27,932 nucleotides of DNA from IMG/VR virus record IMGVR_UViG_3300005286_000052, positions 1 to 27,932 of that record; one strand, given 5' to 3'. This DNA is from a virus. Its lineage: Duplodnaviria; Caudoviricetes. Positions 17,557-27,713 of this stretch are shown here, piece by piece. Below the pieces are notes generated by a model. It searched no databases. It saw only the letters and a program-made list of their open reading frames with translations, and was not told the DNA's origin. Positions within the stretch are counted from its first letter, which is position 1. Each line of letters opens with the position of its first letter. The translations under genes and the position numbers were made by a program.

Positions 17557-18075
17557 ATGGCTAAAAAAAAGAGCGATCAAAGAGATAAAAGCATACTATC
17601 CAAGCGAAAAATAGAACTTTATTCTAAAAACGCAGAAATTATAAAATATTGGAGAAGAAATCCAGTTATTGCGTGTGAAGACATTCTTGGCATAAAGCTG
17701 ATGGACGCACAAAAATATATATTAATTGAGTCATGGACAAAGCCTTATGTTGTTTGGTGCTGTTCACGTAACTTTGGTAAAAGTTTTCTTGGGGCAATTT
17801 TAATGATACTGAAGTTTCTACTTTACGAGAATCAGCAAATTTATATTATTTCTTCTGTTGGTTCTCAGGCACAAGAAACTTTCATGAAGATAGAAAAAAT
17901 TGCTCAAAATCGAATTGATTCTGTAAAATCGCTGAAAAAAGTGTTTGCAGAAGAGGTTGTAAAAAGTGGTGTGAACAAAGAAGGGTTCACACACAATCCA
18001 GCCAGTTTCAATGTGAAATCTTACAATGGTAGCGAAATTCATACACTAAATGGAAATCCAGATAATAATAGGAGT
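17557..18075 (+). CDS. terL: Terminase large subunit, exon 1
   Basis: 'YWRRNP...LGIKL', Walker A 'CSRNFGKS'; homology-like sequence ends at ...DNNRS. Confidence 0.88.
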
Positions 18076-19072
18076 ATGCAATTGCACGTAGTTTGCTCCG
18101 CTAGTTAGAAATAGCTAGAATAATTCAACGAGGAAGAAATCGGGAAAGCTGAAAATAGTAAATTATAAAATTTACTTGCCAATCCGAGTGGAAGGCTATA
18201 TTTAAAAGTGTAGTCACACGCAGAGCATAGGAATTGAAACTATATACAATAAATACGATGGGAATGTTAGAAGATTGACAGGCGAAATTTATATTATTAA
18301 AAACTATATCAATGACAAGGTTTATATTGGACAAACAATACAAGGTAGTGAAACTAGATTCTTACAACACTTAAAATTGCTGAAAAGTAGTGCGAGACAG
18401 GCTATTCATAAAGCAATAAAAAGACACGGTAAAGAGAATTTTTACTATGAAGTATTAGAGTCAAATATTGAATTTAGTAAACTAGATGAAAGGGAGATAT
18501 ATTGGATTGCATTGTACAAGAGTGATACTCATGGTTACAACCTCATGAAAGGCGGTAATCAGTCTAGGAAGCCAATCAATGTGCAACTACTTGAAAATTT
18601 GCCGACGATTATTGAAATCTATCAGAGCGAAGATATTTCGTTGCGCCAAATCGCAAAGAGATTTGATACGGATCACAAGACTCTATCAAAAATGCTTCGA
18701 GCTAATGGTATACCAATAGCAAAAAGAAATAAGTCTAATAAAAATATAACTTTCGATGATATAGAATTAATAAAAAACCTGTTTGCTAAAGGTGTTAGCG
18801 CACAGGAAATTGCACATAAAATAAACAGAAATATCAAAACTGTGCAGCGATATATTAAATCACATTGTATATAGAATATAATATTGTGTATTATTTACAC
18901 CTTCTTCATATGAAGAAGCCCACGAGTCCTCGTCCCTGACCGAGTAATGTCGAAGGTGAAAAGATATGCCGACCTTATTCTCTGTTAAATAACTAGAGAC
19001 ATGACTGAATACAGTTGTGCCGAATAAAAAGGATAAGAACTATGGGATAAAAAGCCTGTAGGATAACATATG
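18076..19072 (+). mobile_element. Group I self-splicing intron (997 nt) in terL
   Basis: 5' exon ends GGAGU pairing with IGS GCUCC (18095-18099, U-G at splice site); terminal G at 19072; P3 ACGAGGA (18128-18134)/TCCTCGT (18927-18933); P7 GAGCATA (18223-18229)/TATGCC (18965-18970); P10 TTGCACGT/ACGTGCAA; splicing restores in-frame NNRS|KRATLVFFDEAGF. Confidence 0.9.
18275..18874 (+). CDS. Intron-encoded GIY-YIG homing endonuclease
   Basis: 'GEIYIIKNYINDKVYIGQT', 'RFLQH', 'EREIYWI', 'GYN'; two C-terminal HTH-like segments. Confidence 0.9.
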   Translation: MTGEIYIIKNYINDKVYIGQTIQGSETRFLQHLKLLKSSARQAIHKAIKRHGKENFYYEVLESNIEFSKLDEREIYWIALYKSDTHGYNLMKGGNQSRKPINVQLLENLPTIIEIYQSEDISLRQIAKRFDTDHKTLSKMLRANGIPIAKRNKSNKNITFDDIELIKNLFAKGVSAQEIAHKINRNIKTVQRYIKSHCI

Positions 19073-20416
19073 AAACGTGCAACATTAGTATTTTTCGATG
19101 AAGCTGGTTTCTCAAGTGAAGAGATTATTACTATTTCAGAAGCATTTGCTACACAAAATAGTGATTTCTCAACTTCGGTTGATGAAAGTTTTAATCGTAA
19201 AGCTCAATTTAAAAAAAATCCTACTCAGTTAATTTTTGCTTCTTCTGCAAGTTCAACAGACACTATTTTTTATCAACGCTATAAAGAATATGCAAAAAAG
19301 ATGATCATAGGAGATAATAAATATTTTGTAGCAGATATTCCATGTGATATACCACTAAATCCACTTTTAGATGGTGAACCAATAGATCCACTACTTAAAA
19401 AAGAACAAGTGGATAACGCTTTAGCTACTTCTCGTGAAAAAGCACTTAGAGAGTATTATAATAAATTTACCACTGACGGCGGAGAGTCGCAACCAATCAA
19501 AAGAAGTGTAATTGGTAGAAATTCGATAAACACACTTCCTGTTCTCTACAATGAGACTAATCAAGATAAATTCGTGTTTGCTTTTGACCCTGCAAGAACC
19601 TATGATAACTCAATTTGTAGTGTTATGAGGATAGTTCATGATGAAAAAATTGGCTATTATGGTGAAATAGTAAATTGTGTGAGTTTTGCAGATTTAGGTA
19701 AAAAAAAGAAAACCCCTATGAAATCTCCAGAGCAATTAAAGTATTTTAAGCAAATGCTTTTAGACTATAATGGCACAAAAAATCCAGACTATGAAAATAT
19801 TTTAGGAGTGCTTTTTGATAGTGGTGCAGGTGGAGGTGGTATCAGTTCATTTGCAGATAATTTGCTAGAGGACTGGGTAGATGAAAATGGTATTACCCAT
19901 CGAGGCATTATAGATTTAAGTCACGATCAATATAAAGATGACGCAAGCATGTATCCTAATGCTGTAAATATTTTGCAACTCATCAGTCCTAAAAAAATGA
20001 AAGTGCAAATGATGGAACAGTTAATCGAGTTACTAGGATTAGATTTGATTAAGTTTCCAAGAGAGTATGATGGCAAAGAAATTATAAATATTGCTAAAGA
20101 TGTTGAAGAAGATAATAACAAAGAGAGAAAAATTATAGAACGAAGACTTACCATGGAAGAGATTGTTGCTTTAAGCAATATAGATATCATGAAAGAAGAA
20201 ACTTATGCAATTCACAGGTTTAGAGGGGCTAATGGAACTATTAGTTATGATCTTCCTAAAGATAAGCAGAAAAATATGGGCGATGATAGATTTTACACAC
20301 TGCTTATGTTAGCCCATTTTCTCTATCAACTTAGACGTAAAGACACAGTTGTTAAATCCAAACCTAAAGTGGATTGGAGCAAAGCGCCTAATTTAGTTTC
20401 AGCAGTTAGTTTCTAA
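19073..20416 (+). CDS. terL: Terminase large subunit, exon 2 (spliced product 620 aa)
   Basis: Walker B 'LVFFDEAG', 'FASSA', nuclease 'FAFDPAR..D', 'DDRFY'. Confidence 0.88.
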   Translation, partial: KRATLVFFDEAGFSSEEIITISEAFATQNSDFSTSVDESFNRKAQFKKNPTQLIFASSASSTDTIFYQRYKEYAKKMIIGDNKYFVADIPCDIPLNPLLDGEPIDPLLKKEQVDNALATSREKALREYYNKFTTDGGESQPIKRSVIGRNSINTLPVLYNETNQDKFVFAFDPARTYDNSICSVMRIVHDEKIGYYGEIVNCVSFADLGKKKKTPMKSPEQLKYFKQMLLDYNGTKNPDYENILGVLFDSGAGGGGISSFADNLLEDWVDENGITHRGIIDLSHDQYKDDASMYPNAVNILQLISPKKMKVQMMEQLIELLGLDLIKFPREYDGKEIINIAKDVEEDNNKERKIIERRLTMEEIVALSNIDIMKEETYAIHRFRGANGTISYDLPKDKQKNMGDDRFYTLLMLAHFLYQLRRKDTVVKSKPKVDWSKAPNLVSAVSF

Positions 20417-20446
20417 TAAATGAATAACAAGTGAGGTGATGATTTT

Positions 20447-22063
20447 GTGAATGAAGAAGCAAACGAATTTAAAATAATCTATTCAGAGGACGAAGATGGG
20501 AATCGTGTAGTCACTGGTTATTCTGATGTTTTTGAAAAAATGATTAAAGACAGTGTACTGTCTTACAGGAACAATAACAATCAATATACTTACACCTACT
20601 TAAAAGAAGATCGAATAGGAAATACCGAGCTAACCGACGATGAGTACGATAAACTTGCAAAAAACGCTCAAACAGATTTAGCAAGTGTGCTTAGAATTAA
20701 TCAATTAACAAGATATTTCATTAATAAAGATGAGATAATTGGTTTAGTATATAACGCAATTGAAAACAATGTTAATGGTGAAATTCGGTTATCATTTGAT
20801 GGTATTGACATTACAAAAATTAAAGAGAATGAAATTAAAAAGCTAGAACAGACAAAAACTAGATTGAATAAGCTCAATAAAAAAATAAATATTAAAAAAT
20901 TCATAAAAAGTGTTATTCCAAATTCATATGCAGAGGGAAACTATATTGTCTACTTGAAAGGCGATAGTTTGCAAAATTATAGCATCCTTCGCATACCTTT
21001 AGGAGTTGGGTTAATTAGCGATTATGAGATTGATGGAAATCCAGTAATATATATTGACATTAACAAATTGGTATCTTCTTTACAAAAAACTGTGATCACC
21101 TCCAAAAAAACTAAAAAAGCAATTACACTAAAGGTAGAAGAAGAACTTCAAAAAATATTTCCTCCAGAAGTATATAAAGGATACAAGGATAAAGAACAAT
21201 TTGTACAACTAGATCATCGTAGAACTGGTGTAGTAAGAATAGGAAATATGGAGAAGAAGTATGGAGTGACACCAATCTTTAGAACATTTAGGGCAGCAGG
21301 AATGCTAGATGTTTATAAGGATGCTGACAAAGTTAACACCAAAGCAAAAGCTAAAAAGATCATTTTTCAGAAACTGAATATTGATATCATGGGCGAGAAT
21401 AAGAAAGAGCCAAGCTTTGATTTGATGGCATTTGCGCATAATCAGTTGATGGCTGCATGGAATAATCCAGTGGTTATTTACACTGGTGCGCCTTTTGTTG
21501 AGGATCTAAAATACGTTGAACCGTCTGTGGAAACTGATAATACGAAGCAAGTTCAATTATATAGAAATGAAATCATGACGACATTGGGTATTGGATATCT
21601 CAATAATGAAAATTCTCAAACCTTCACAGTTGCTAATATAACTATTGCTGAATTAATGAAAAATATTAATAAAATAGCTGAGCAAGTTGAGGATATCATA
21701 GAACGTTGGTACGGCTTGTTCATTGAACAAGAAGGACTTGATGAGGAATACATACCAACTCCTGAAATTATTGATTCAGAATTAATGTCACAAGAAATGA
21801 AGATTCAGTTGGTAGATACGTTGTATAACAAGTTAAACCTAAGTCTACAAACTTCTCTTGAAATTTTAGGTTATTCATACACTGAAGAGCTGCAACGCAG
21901 ATTGAAAGAAAATAATAATGGTACTCATGAAATAATGTTCCCAAGAGCTAATGCTTACAATAGTTCAGGCGACAAGAGTGAAGATAACAAGGGTGGTAGA
22001 CCAATCGATAACAATGATCCAGATAAGCAATTAGAGGATCAAAATAGAAGACAAGCTGAATAA
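20447..22063 (+). CDS. Portal protein (SPbeta YonE-like)
   Basis: 538 aa directly after terL; 'KYGVTPI', C-terminal 'GGRP' acidic tail; GAGGTG RBS. Confidence 0.75.
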   Translation: MNEEANEFKIIYSEDEDGNRVVTGYSDVFEKMIKDSVLSYRNNNNQYTYTYLKEDRIGNTELTDDEYDKLAKNAQTDLASVLRINQLTRYFINKDEIIGLVYNAIENNVNGEIRLSFDGIDITKIKENEIKKLEQTKTRLNKLNKKINIKKFIKSVIPNSYAEGNYIVYLKGDSLQNYSILRIPLGVGLISDYEIDGNPVIYIDINKLVSSLQKTVITSKKTKKAITLKVEEELQKIFPPEVYKGYKDKEQFVQLDHRRTGVVRIGNMEKKYGVTPIFRTFRAAGMLDVYKDADKVNTKAKAKKIIFQKLNIDIMGENKKEPSFDLMAFAHNQLMAAWNNPVVIYTGAPFVEDLKYVEPSVETDNTKQVQLYRNEIMTTLGIGYLNNENSQTFTVANITIAELMKNINKIAEQVEDIIERWYGLFIEQEGLDEEYIPTPEIIDSELMSQEMKIQLVDTLYNKLNLSLQTSLEILGYSYTEELQRRLKENNNGTHEIMFPRANAYNSSGDKSEDNKGGRPIDNNDPDKQLEDQNRRQAE

Positions 22064-22099
22064 TGTACTGACTTTACTTGAAAGGTGGTGAGAAGGAAA

Positions 22100-23647
22100 A
22101 TGGAAAAATTAGTTTTAAATAGTCCTATTCAAGTTTCTGGGCTAGATGATGATAAACCATATATAGAGCTTACTACACGATTATGTTGGTTTAACTATCC
22201 TAATCTAAATGGAGTGGGTTTGCTTTCTGATTCTAAACCAAGTTATGAAACATTAATCGATATGCCAGTAGTTGCTAAATTACATAGTTCAGGTAAAAAA
22301 TTTGGAAGTCATGAAATAGCAATTGACGACAATGGGCAGTATGTTTTCAACACGAATGCTTATGGAGTACATACTGAAGTTTATGTTGAAGATGATACTG
22401 TTGATATTCCTAACGTGGGCGAAGTCACTGTACCATGTTTGTTTGCAAAAAGCAAGATTTGGAAAAGATTTGCAAGTGTAGTTAATCTAATTGCTAATAA
22501 GATGACAAATCCTGATGAATATAATGGTGGCTTATGGTCTAGTTGGGAGCTACAAGGAAAGAAGTACGTTCTCGATGAAAATGGAAATAGAATGTATAGC
22601 GAATATCAATTTTTGTCTAACTGCTTAATTGATGTTCCACCAGCTTATGGGACTGCCTCAAAGACATTATTAGTGGCTTCTGAGGATATTGAAACAAGCG
22701 AATTTGAACAAGAATTGGAAAATGCTTATATTAAGGACAGTGAAACGCTAATTGCCACACAAAATGACGATAAGGGAGATGAAAATTTGTCCAAAGAAAA
22801 TAAAAACACAGAAACTAGTGAACTAACATCTTATGACTTATATCAAAAAATTCGCAATGCTTTGAATGCAAATGGATGGGATAGTGTACCTTACTATTCT
22901 ATTTTTGAGGTATATCCTGTTATTAATAAGGCTATCGCCTATACGTATGAGCGCGAGTCAGAAGATGATTATGTTATTGTGGAGTACAAAGTTGAAAACA
23001 ACGAAGTTACTATTGATTCATTGCAAAATAAAAAATTGAGTGATTTGTTCTCAGAATTCGATGTGTTGAACTTTAAAGACAGGTTACAAGAAAAAACTCA
23101 AGAATTTTCTGAGCAGTTAACAGCAAAGGATACAGAGATTTCTGAATTAATCAAAACAATTGAAGCAAACAATGTAAAAATTGCTGAATATGAAGACAAA
23201 ATTCTTAAAGCTGGAGAGAGTATTCTACAATATGAAAGTCAAATTGAAACTCTTGAGTCACAAGTGTCTGAACTAGAAACAGTAAAAGAACAACTTTCTC
23301 AATATCAACAAGTTGCACTTGAACAGGAAAAGGCTGAAAAATTGGCGTCATTGAAACAAGTAGCTCTATCGTCTAAGCAATTTACTGATGAAGAAATTAA
23401 TAGCGATGAAAGATTACAAGAAATCTTCTCAGAATTAGATGAAACTGCGTTGAAAGTTTATATTGCTGAACGATTGATTAATTCTTCTGTTGAAACTAAA
23501 GAAGATAACACCGAAGCCTCAGAACAAAAAAAACCAAAAGAAGCAGAACCAATTATTTCAGCAAGCAATTTAGATGTTGACAGAAATAAATTTGGTGAAG
23601 CATGGCTTGCCTCGATGACAACTTTTCGCTACAAATCAAAAAAATAA
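22100..23647 (+). CDS. Prohead protease/scaffold fusion (SPbeta YonD-like)
   Basis: N-terminal domain 'NLNGV...LIDMPVV...H...SSWEL...PAY' followed by an acidic coiled coil; between portal and capsid; likely start ATG 22100. Confidence 0.7.
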   Translation: MEKLVLNSPIQVSGLDDDKPYIELTTRLCWFNYPNLNGVGLLSDSKPSYETLIDMPVVAKLHSSGKKFGSHEIAIDDNGQYVFNTNAYGVHTEVYVEDDTVDIPNVGEVTVPCLFAKSKIWKRFASVVNLIANKMTNPDEYNGGLWSSWELQGKKYVLDENGNRMYSEYQFLSNCLIDVPPAYGTASKTLLVASEDIETSEFEQELENAYIKDSETLIATQNDDKGDENLSKENKNTETSELTSYDLYQKIRNALNANGWDSVPYYSIFEVYPVINKAIAYTYERESEDDYVIVEYKVENNEVTIDSLQNKKLSDLFSEFDVLNFKDRLQEKTQEFSEQLTAKDTEISELIKTIEANNVKIAEYEDKILKAGESILQYESQIETLESQVSELETVKEQLSQYQQVALEQEKAEKLASLKQVALSSKQFTDEEINSDERLQEIFSELDETALKVYIAERLINSSVETKEDNTEASEQKKPKEAEPIISASNLDVDRNKFGEAWLASMTTFRYKSKK

Positions 23648-23676
23648 ATTATAAAAAAATTTGGAGGAATTTAATA

Positions 23677-24132
23677 ATGTATAGAAATTTACAAAACTTT
23701 TTCAATAAAAACGCAAATGCAATGTTCTTTGCAAGTGAAGACTCAGTGCGTGGTCGTCTAGTAGTCGCTGATTACGAAACAGGCACATTCTCTAATGCGG
23801 CTACACCTACAGATGATGTGTATGTACTAGACAAAGAGCAAATCCCGTCTGGTGTTAATGTTGTATTTAATTATATGTCTGATTACGATCCACAGTTTGA
23901 AAATGTTAAACAAGGCGAATATGGAATTCTAATCAAACATGCTGCTGGAGAACGCTTTTCTACAGATCAGTTCGTTACTGACACTTATAGCGAGGGCGAC
24001 TACTTGACATGTGCTTCTGGCGCAGATGCTGGTAAATTTACTAAGGCTGCGAGTGGCACTACTACTAAATTCAAATTTGTAGGAACAGTAGTAGAAAATG
24101 GTCACGAACTAATCAAAGTACAGGTTGTCTAA
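23677..24132 (+). CDS. Putative capsid decoration protein (151 aa)
   Basis: Start reassigned to ATG 23677 (GGAGG RBS); small beta-rich protein immediately before the MCP. Confidence 0.65.
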   Translation: MYRNLQNFFNKNANAMFFASEDSVRGRLVVADYETGTFSNAATPTDDVYVLDKEQIPSGVNVVFNYMSDYDPQFENVKQGEYGILIKHAAGERFSTDQFVTDTYSEGDYLTCASGADAGKFTKAASGTTTKFKFVGTVVENGHELIKVQVV

Positions 24133-24173
24133 TAACAAAATTATAAAATTTACTTAAAGGAGAAAAACGAAGA

Positions 24174-25199
24174 ATGAACAAAACTATTAACAATACAGAA
24201 GTATCTGCAATTTTTGATGAAATCAATGTATTTGAGGTGGCTGAAAAAGTTGTTCAGCCTCAGTTTTCTATGAGTTCGCTTACCAGCGAAGAGAGAGATA
24301 TGTATGCAACCGTAGATGCTTGGGCAAAAGAAATTGGTCAACGTGGCTTTGACAAAGATCACCAAATTTCTGCTTTTATTCAAAATGTAGTTCAGCCTGA
24401 AGTATATGATACACCTGATTATTTACTAGAGCAAATTTTGGACAAGGGTTCTCTGGGTGAATTTGACTTTGAAGAGCTTACTACTGCACCTAAGAACACT
24501 CTAGAAGTTTATGAAGCTGCAAAAGGTGGTACTGTAGACAAGTCCTACATCGACTTCAGCAAAGCTTCTGTGACTCGTAAAATGCTACAAGGTGAAACAG
24601 AACTACGTTACTCTGACCTGCGTAGAGATGGTTTTAAATCAATTGCAACTATGTCTACTTTCATGCTTGAGGCTCTACGTCAAAAACGTTTCGCAATGAT
24701 TCTAAATATTGTTGACAATGCTATCACTGGCGGAAACCAAGTGTTCAACGTAACTGGTTCAAACGTTACTTCTGCTGCCATGGATCAGCTTCAAGCTTAT
24801 CTGCTAGACTATGCTGATGGAAGTGTTTCTCCAAGCACTATCTCACTTTCCAAGTATGCGCAACAAATCGTTCGTCTTATTAGTGGCAATGCTGGTCTGA
24901 TGTCTGAAGATATGAAGAATCAACTACATAAAACTGGTCTACTTGGCTATTACTATGGTCTACAAGTCAACCAAATTTCTGGTGCTAAAAAAACAGGTAA
25001 AGGTGAACTTCTGATCCCTGATAAACGTATTTTTGGCTTCGGTGGAAAAATTGGTAAGTTCAACGAGGTTGGCGAACTACGTGTTTACCAAGACATGGAC
25101 AACCAATCCGAGAAAGTTAACCTTAAATTCACTGGCTACGAGTTCGAAGTTGGTATCACTGACATCGAGAAAGTTGCTAAAATTACATTCTCTGCTTAA
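24174..25199 (+). CDS. Major capsid protein (SPbeta YonB-like)
   Basis: 341 aa; AAGGAG RBS; visibly biased high-expression codon usage; followed by a strong hairpin; synteny. Confidence 0.8.
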   Translation: MNKTINNTEVSAIFDEINVFEVAEKVVQPQFSMSSLTSEERDMYATVDAWAKEIGQRGFDKDHQISAFIQNVVQPEVYDTPDYLLEQILDKGSLGEFDFEELTTAPKNTLEVYEAAKGGTVDKSYIDFSKASVTRKMLQGETELRYSDLRRDGFKSIATMSTFMLEALRQKRFAMILNIVDNAITGGNQVFNVTGSNVTSAAMDQLQAYLLDYADGSVSPSTISLSKYAQQIVRLISGNAGLMSEDMKNQLHKTGLLGYYYGLQVNQISGAKKTGKGELLIPDKRIFGFGGKIGKFNEVGELRVYQDMDNQSEKVNLKFTGYEFEVGITDIEKVAKITFSA

Positions 25200-25215
25200 T
25201 AAGCAGATTTCATTT

Positions 25216-25239
25216 GAGTGAGTCATTCGTGGCTCACTC
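25216..25239 (+). terminator. Stem-loop after the capsid gene (weak terminator or mRNA stabiliser)
   Basis: GAGTGAGTCA-TTCG-TGGCTCACTC, with only a short T tail. Confidence 0.55.
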
Positions 25240-25268
25240 TTACTAAATTATAAAGGGAGAAAAAATAA

Positions 25269-25985
25269 ATGAAAAAGTTTAATGATTCTGAGCAAATTAC
25301 TATTTTTAATGATAGTTTTCACATGGTTATCATTCCTACTCAACACAATCCAAATGGATATGTGTTAGAACCTGTAACAAATGAGTTGGCTAAGCCATCT
25401 ATTACTATTAACTACAGTGAAGTGCGCTATGTCAACAACAGTTCAAACGTATTCAAAATTGGCGTTTTGCGGTTTGATAAAGAGCAACAAGAAGAAATCT
25501 ATAAAAACCTTGGGATTGTTAACTGGGAAGAAATTCTGACAGCAGAGGACATTAAGAGTTTAGCCACAAAGAAAAATCACACGCCTGATGATTATAAGAA
25601 AATCCTTTCTATTAAAGATCAAGCTTATTTTGAAAGAATCCGCTCAGAAGTAGTGGCTCTTCGTAACCAAGGAACATATGATTTGTCTAGTAGATTCTTG
25701 GACATGATCGAAAAACGTTTGAACGAATTTCAAAATGGCAAGTTTAACACTTCATTTAAAGTTCAAGAGCAGAAGAAAGATAATTCTGGCGTGAGTCAAA
25801 AAGATTACGATGAGCTTAAAGCAAAAAATGAAGAAATGCAGCGACAGTTTGAGGAGTTAAAAGCACTTATGATGGCACAACTTTCACAAAATCAGACTAC
25901 TGAAAAAACAGTAGATACACCTGCTGTGGGAGATAAACCAAAATCAACTCGTGGTCGTAAACCAGCAAGCGATAAAACCGAATAG
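25269..25985 (+). CDS. Hypothetical virion-module protein (SPbeta YonA-like position)
   Basis: AAGGGAG RBS; coiled coil with a basic tail 'RGRKP'. Confidence 0.7.
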   Translation: MKKFNDSEQITIFNDSFHMVIIPTQHNPNGYVLEPVTNELAKPSITINYSEVRYVNNSSNVFKIGVLRFDKEQQEEIYKNLGIVNWEEILTAEDIKSLATKKNHTPDDYKKILSIKDQAYFERIRSEVVALRNQGTYDLSSRFLDMIEKRLNEFQNGKFNTSFKVQEQKKDNSGVSQKDYDELKAKNEEMQRQFEELKALMMAQLSQNQTTEKTVDTPAVGDKPKSTRGRKPASDKTE

Positions 25986-26002
25986 AAAATGGTGAATTCA
26001 AT

Positions 26003-26488
26003 ATGACTTCATTTGAAGAAATATATCAAAGATTTTTTAATAAGATTGAAAATGATAGAGACTTTTTTGTATATTTCAATGTTACTGACAATGAAGCAAT
26101 TGAAATTGCACGAAAAAGAGCGAAAGACTTTCTTATTGAATCTGTTACTAGATTAACGCTATCTTGTACACCTGATGTAAATTTTCATGACTACAGCTTA
26201 GAACAAGAGCGATTCAATTTTGAATTAACAGGCAATGAAATTGAACTTTTATCCTCTTTAATGCGAGAAGAATATTTTAAGCGTGACTTGGCTAAATTGA
26301 AAGCTTTCATGCATCATTTTTCAACAAGAGACTTAAATCTATTCTCACCAGCAAATGAGCGTAAAACTTTTATAGATATGGTAGAAAAAATCACTGAAGA
26401 AAACGATAAGAATATAAAAAGATACATATCTATTGACAGATTAACTGGAAAGTATAAGGCGATAAACTACGCTGCATACAATAAATAG
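26003..26488 (+). CDS. Putative head-tail adaptor
   Basis: 161 aa, helical, 'MTSFEEIYQRF...FSPAN'; position after the capsid genes. Confidence 0.6.
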   Translation: MTSFEEIYQRFFNKIENDRDFFVYFNVTDNEAIEIARKRAKDFLIESVTRLTLSCTPDVNFHDYSLEQERFNFELTGNEIELLSSLMREEYFKRDLAKLKAFMHHFSTRDLNLFSPANERKTFIDMVEKITEENDKNIKRYISIDRLTGKYKAINYAAYNK

Positions 26489-26496
26489 GTGACGAC

Positions 26497-27690
26497 ATGG
26501 ATATTAACTATTATAAAAAAATTAATGGTTTATACGGTTTCGATAGTAAGAGGGATAGTGACATAGCTCGCACAAAGCGATTTGTTGCTGAAAAATTTGA
26601 TGATGATGTACAGGCTTTTGACGTGATGATTGAAGACAGAAGACAAACAGTGCTTATTTCATATGCCGCAAAAGAAGACATGAATAAAATCATTAGTCGT
26701 CCAGATGAAACCTTTAAAAATGGTGATATTGTAACTTGGAATGATGAAAAATATATTATTCTTCAAGTTGACTCAGACAAGAGAATTTACACCAGAGGAT
26801 TGATTAAAAAGTGTCTCGGTTCTCTTAAGTGGCAGGACGAGTTGGGTGACATACACGAGGCTTGGTTTGCAAGAACTACGAATCTATCGCCTAACTTTGG
26901 TGTAGACGACAGAAGTAAAATCATAACTATGCCTGACGAACGCAGACAAATTGTTTTGCAATCAAACAGTCATACACAAAAATTCGAGAAAGAACAACGT
27001 TTCATTATGGATGGTCGTGCATGGAAAATTATTACACTCGATGACATTGCTGATGGCATAATTAACGTTGTACTTGAGGAGTCTCATATTGATCCTGCTA
27101 TTGATAATTTAGAACTAAGAATAGCTAATTACAAGTCTGATTACTACAGATTGGTTAACAAAACACCATTATCAATTAATTTAAAAATCGACCAAAGTAC
27201 ATTACTAGATGTAACTGCTTACCATAACGGCGTGTCAGTAGACTCAAGTGAAGTTGAATTTATGGTTGAAGACAATAGTTTTGGAGTTGTTGATAATAAC
27301 GGTATATTTACACCTCATAAAAGCGGTAATGTAAAAATATTTGCTAAATATAAAACTGCTGTAATCGAATTCAATGTTCACGTCAGAGAAGAATTAGTAC
27401 ATAGTTATTACGTGGATATTATTGGTTCAAACGAAATTAATTTTGGTTTGATTAGCGAGTATACTGTAGTGTTTAAAAATCACGGCATAGAGATTGATGA
27501 GACTCCTGTGTTTGAATTGGAACAATCAGCAAACGATTTAGTTACTATTCAATCAACAGATATTTCTAAAAAAAGCATTACGTTGAAAGCCAATAGTAAA
27601 AATAAAGCAGGTACGATTACACTACATGTGAGAAGTGACAACGGATTAATTAAAAACAGTAAAACAATTAGAATCAAAGGATTTTTATAA
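26497..27690 (+). CDS. Putative head-closure protein with C-terminal Ig-like domains
   Basis: N-terminal beta-rich part 'FKNGDIVTWNDEKYII...QRFIMDGRAWKI'; Ig (Big_2)-like 'VVDNNGIFTPHKSGNVKIFAKY'. Confidence 0.6.
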   Translation: MDINYYKKINGLYGFDSKRDSDIARTKRFVAEKFDDDVQAFDVMIEDRRQTVLISYAAKEDMNKIISRPDETFKNGDIVTWNDEKYIILQVDSDKRIYTRGLIKKCLGSLKWQDELGDIHEAWFARTTNLSPNFGVDDRSKIITMPDERRQIVLQSNSHTQKFEKEQRFIMDGRAWKIITLDDIADGIINVVLEESHIDPAIDNLELRIANYKSDYYRLVNKTPLSINLKIDQSTLLDVTAYHNGVSVDSSEVEFMVEDNSFGVVDNNGIFTPHKSGNVKIFAKYKTAVIEFNVHVREELVHSYYVDIIGSNEINFGLISEYTVVFKNHGIEIDETPVFELEQSANDLVTIQSTDISKKSITLKANSKNKAGTITLHVRSDNGLIKNSKTIRIKGFL

Positions 27691-27713
27691 TAAATGAAAG
27701 GTGTGATGATTGA

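Noticed and set aside
18227-18240. ATAGGAATTGAAAC resembling the 3' end of type I-B CRISPR repeats (possible RNA anti-CRISPR)
   Set aside because: Single short match that overlaps the intron P7 and its adjoining segment, where it has a structural explanation
17557-20416. terL as a pseudogene, frameshifted gene or intein-containing gene
   Set aside because: Stop codons lie inside the insertion and group I intron elements restore the frame exactly
9155-26693. Short - strand ORFs within the rightward operon (9155, 12064, 13347, 13604, 14416, 17818, 18125, 19927, 20701, 24150, 26511) and + strand 25033-25221
   Set aside because: Overlap genes with clear motifs or synteny; no RBS or recognisable features
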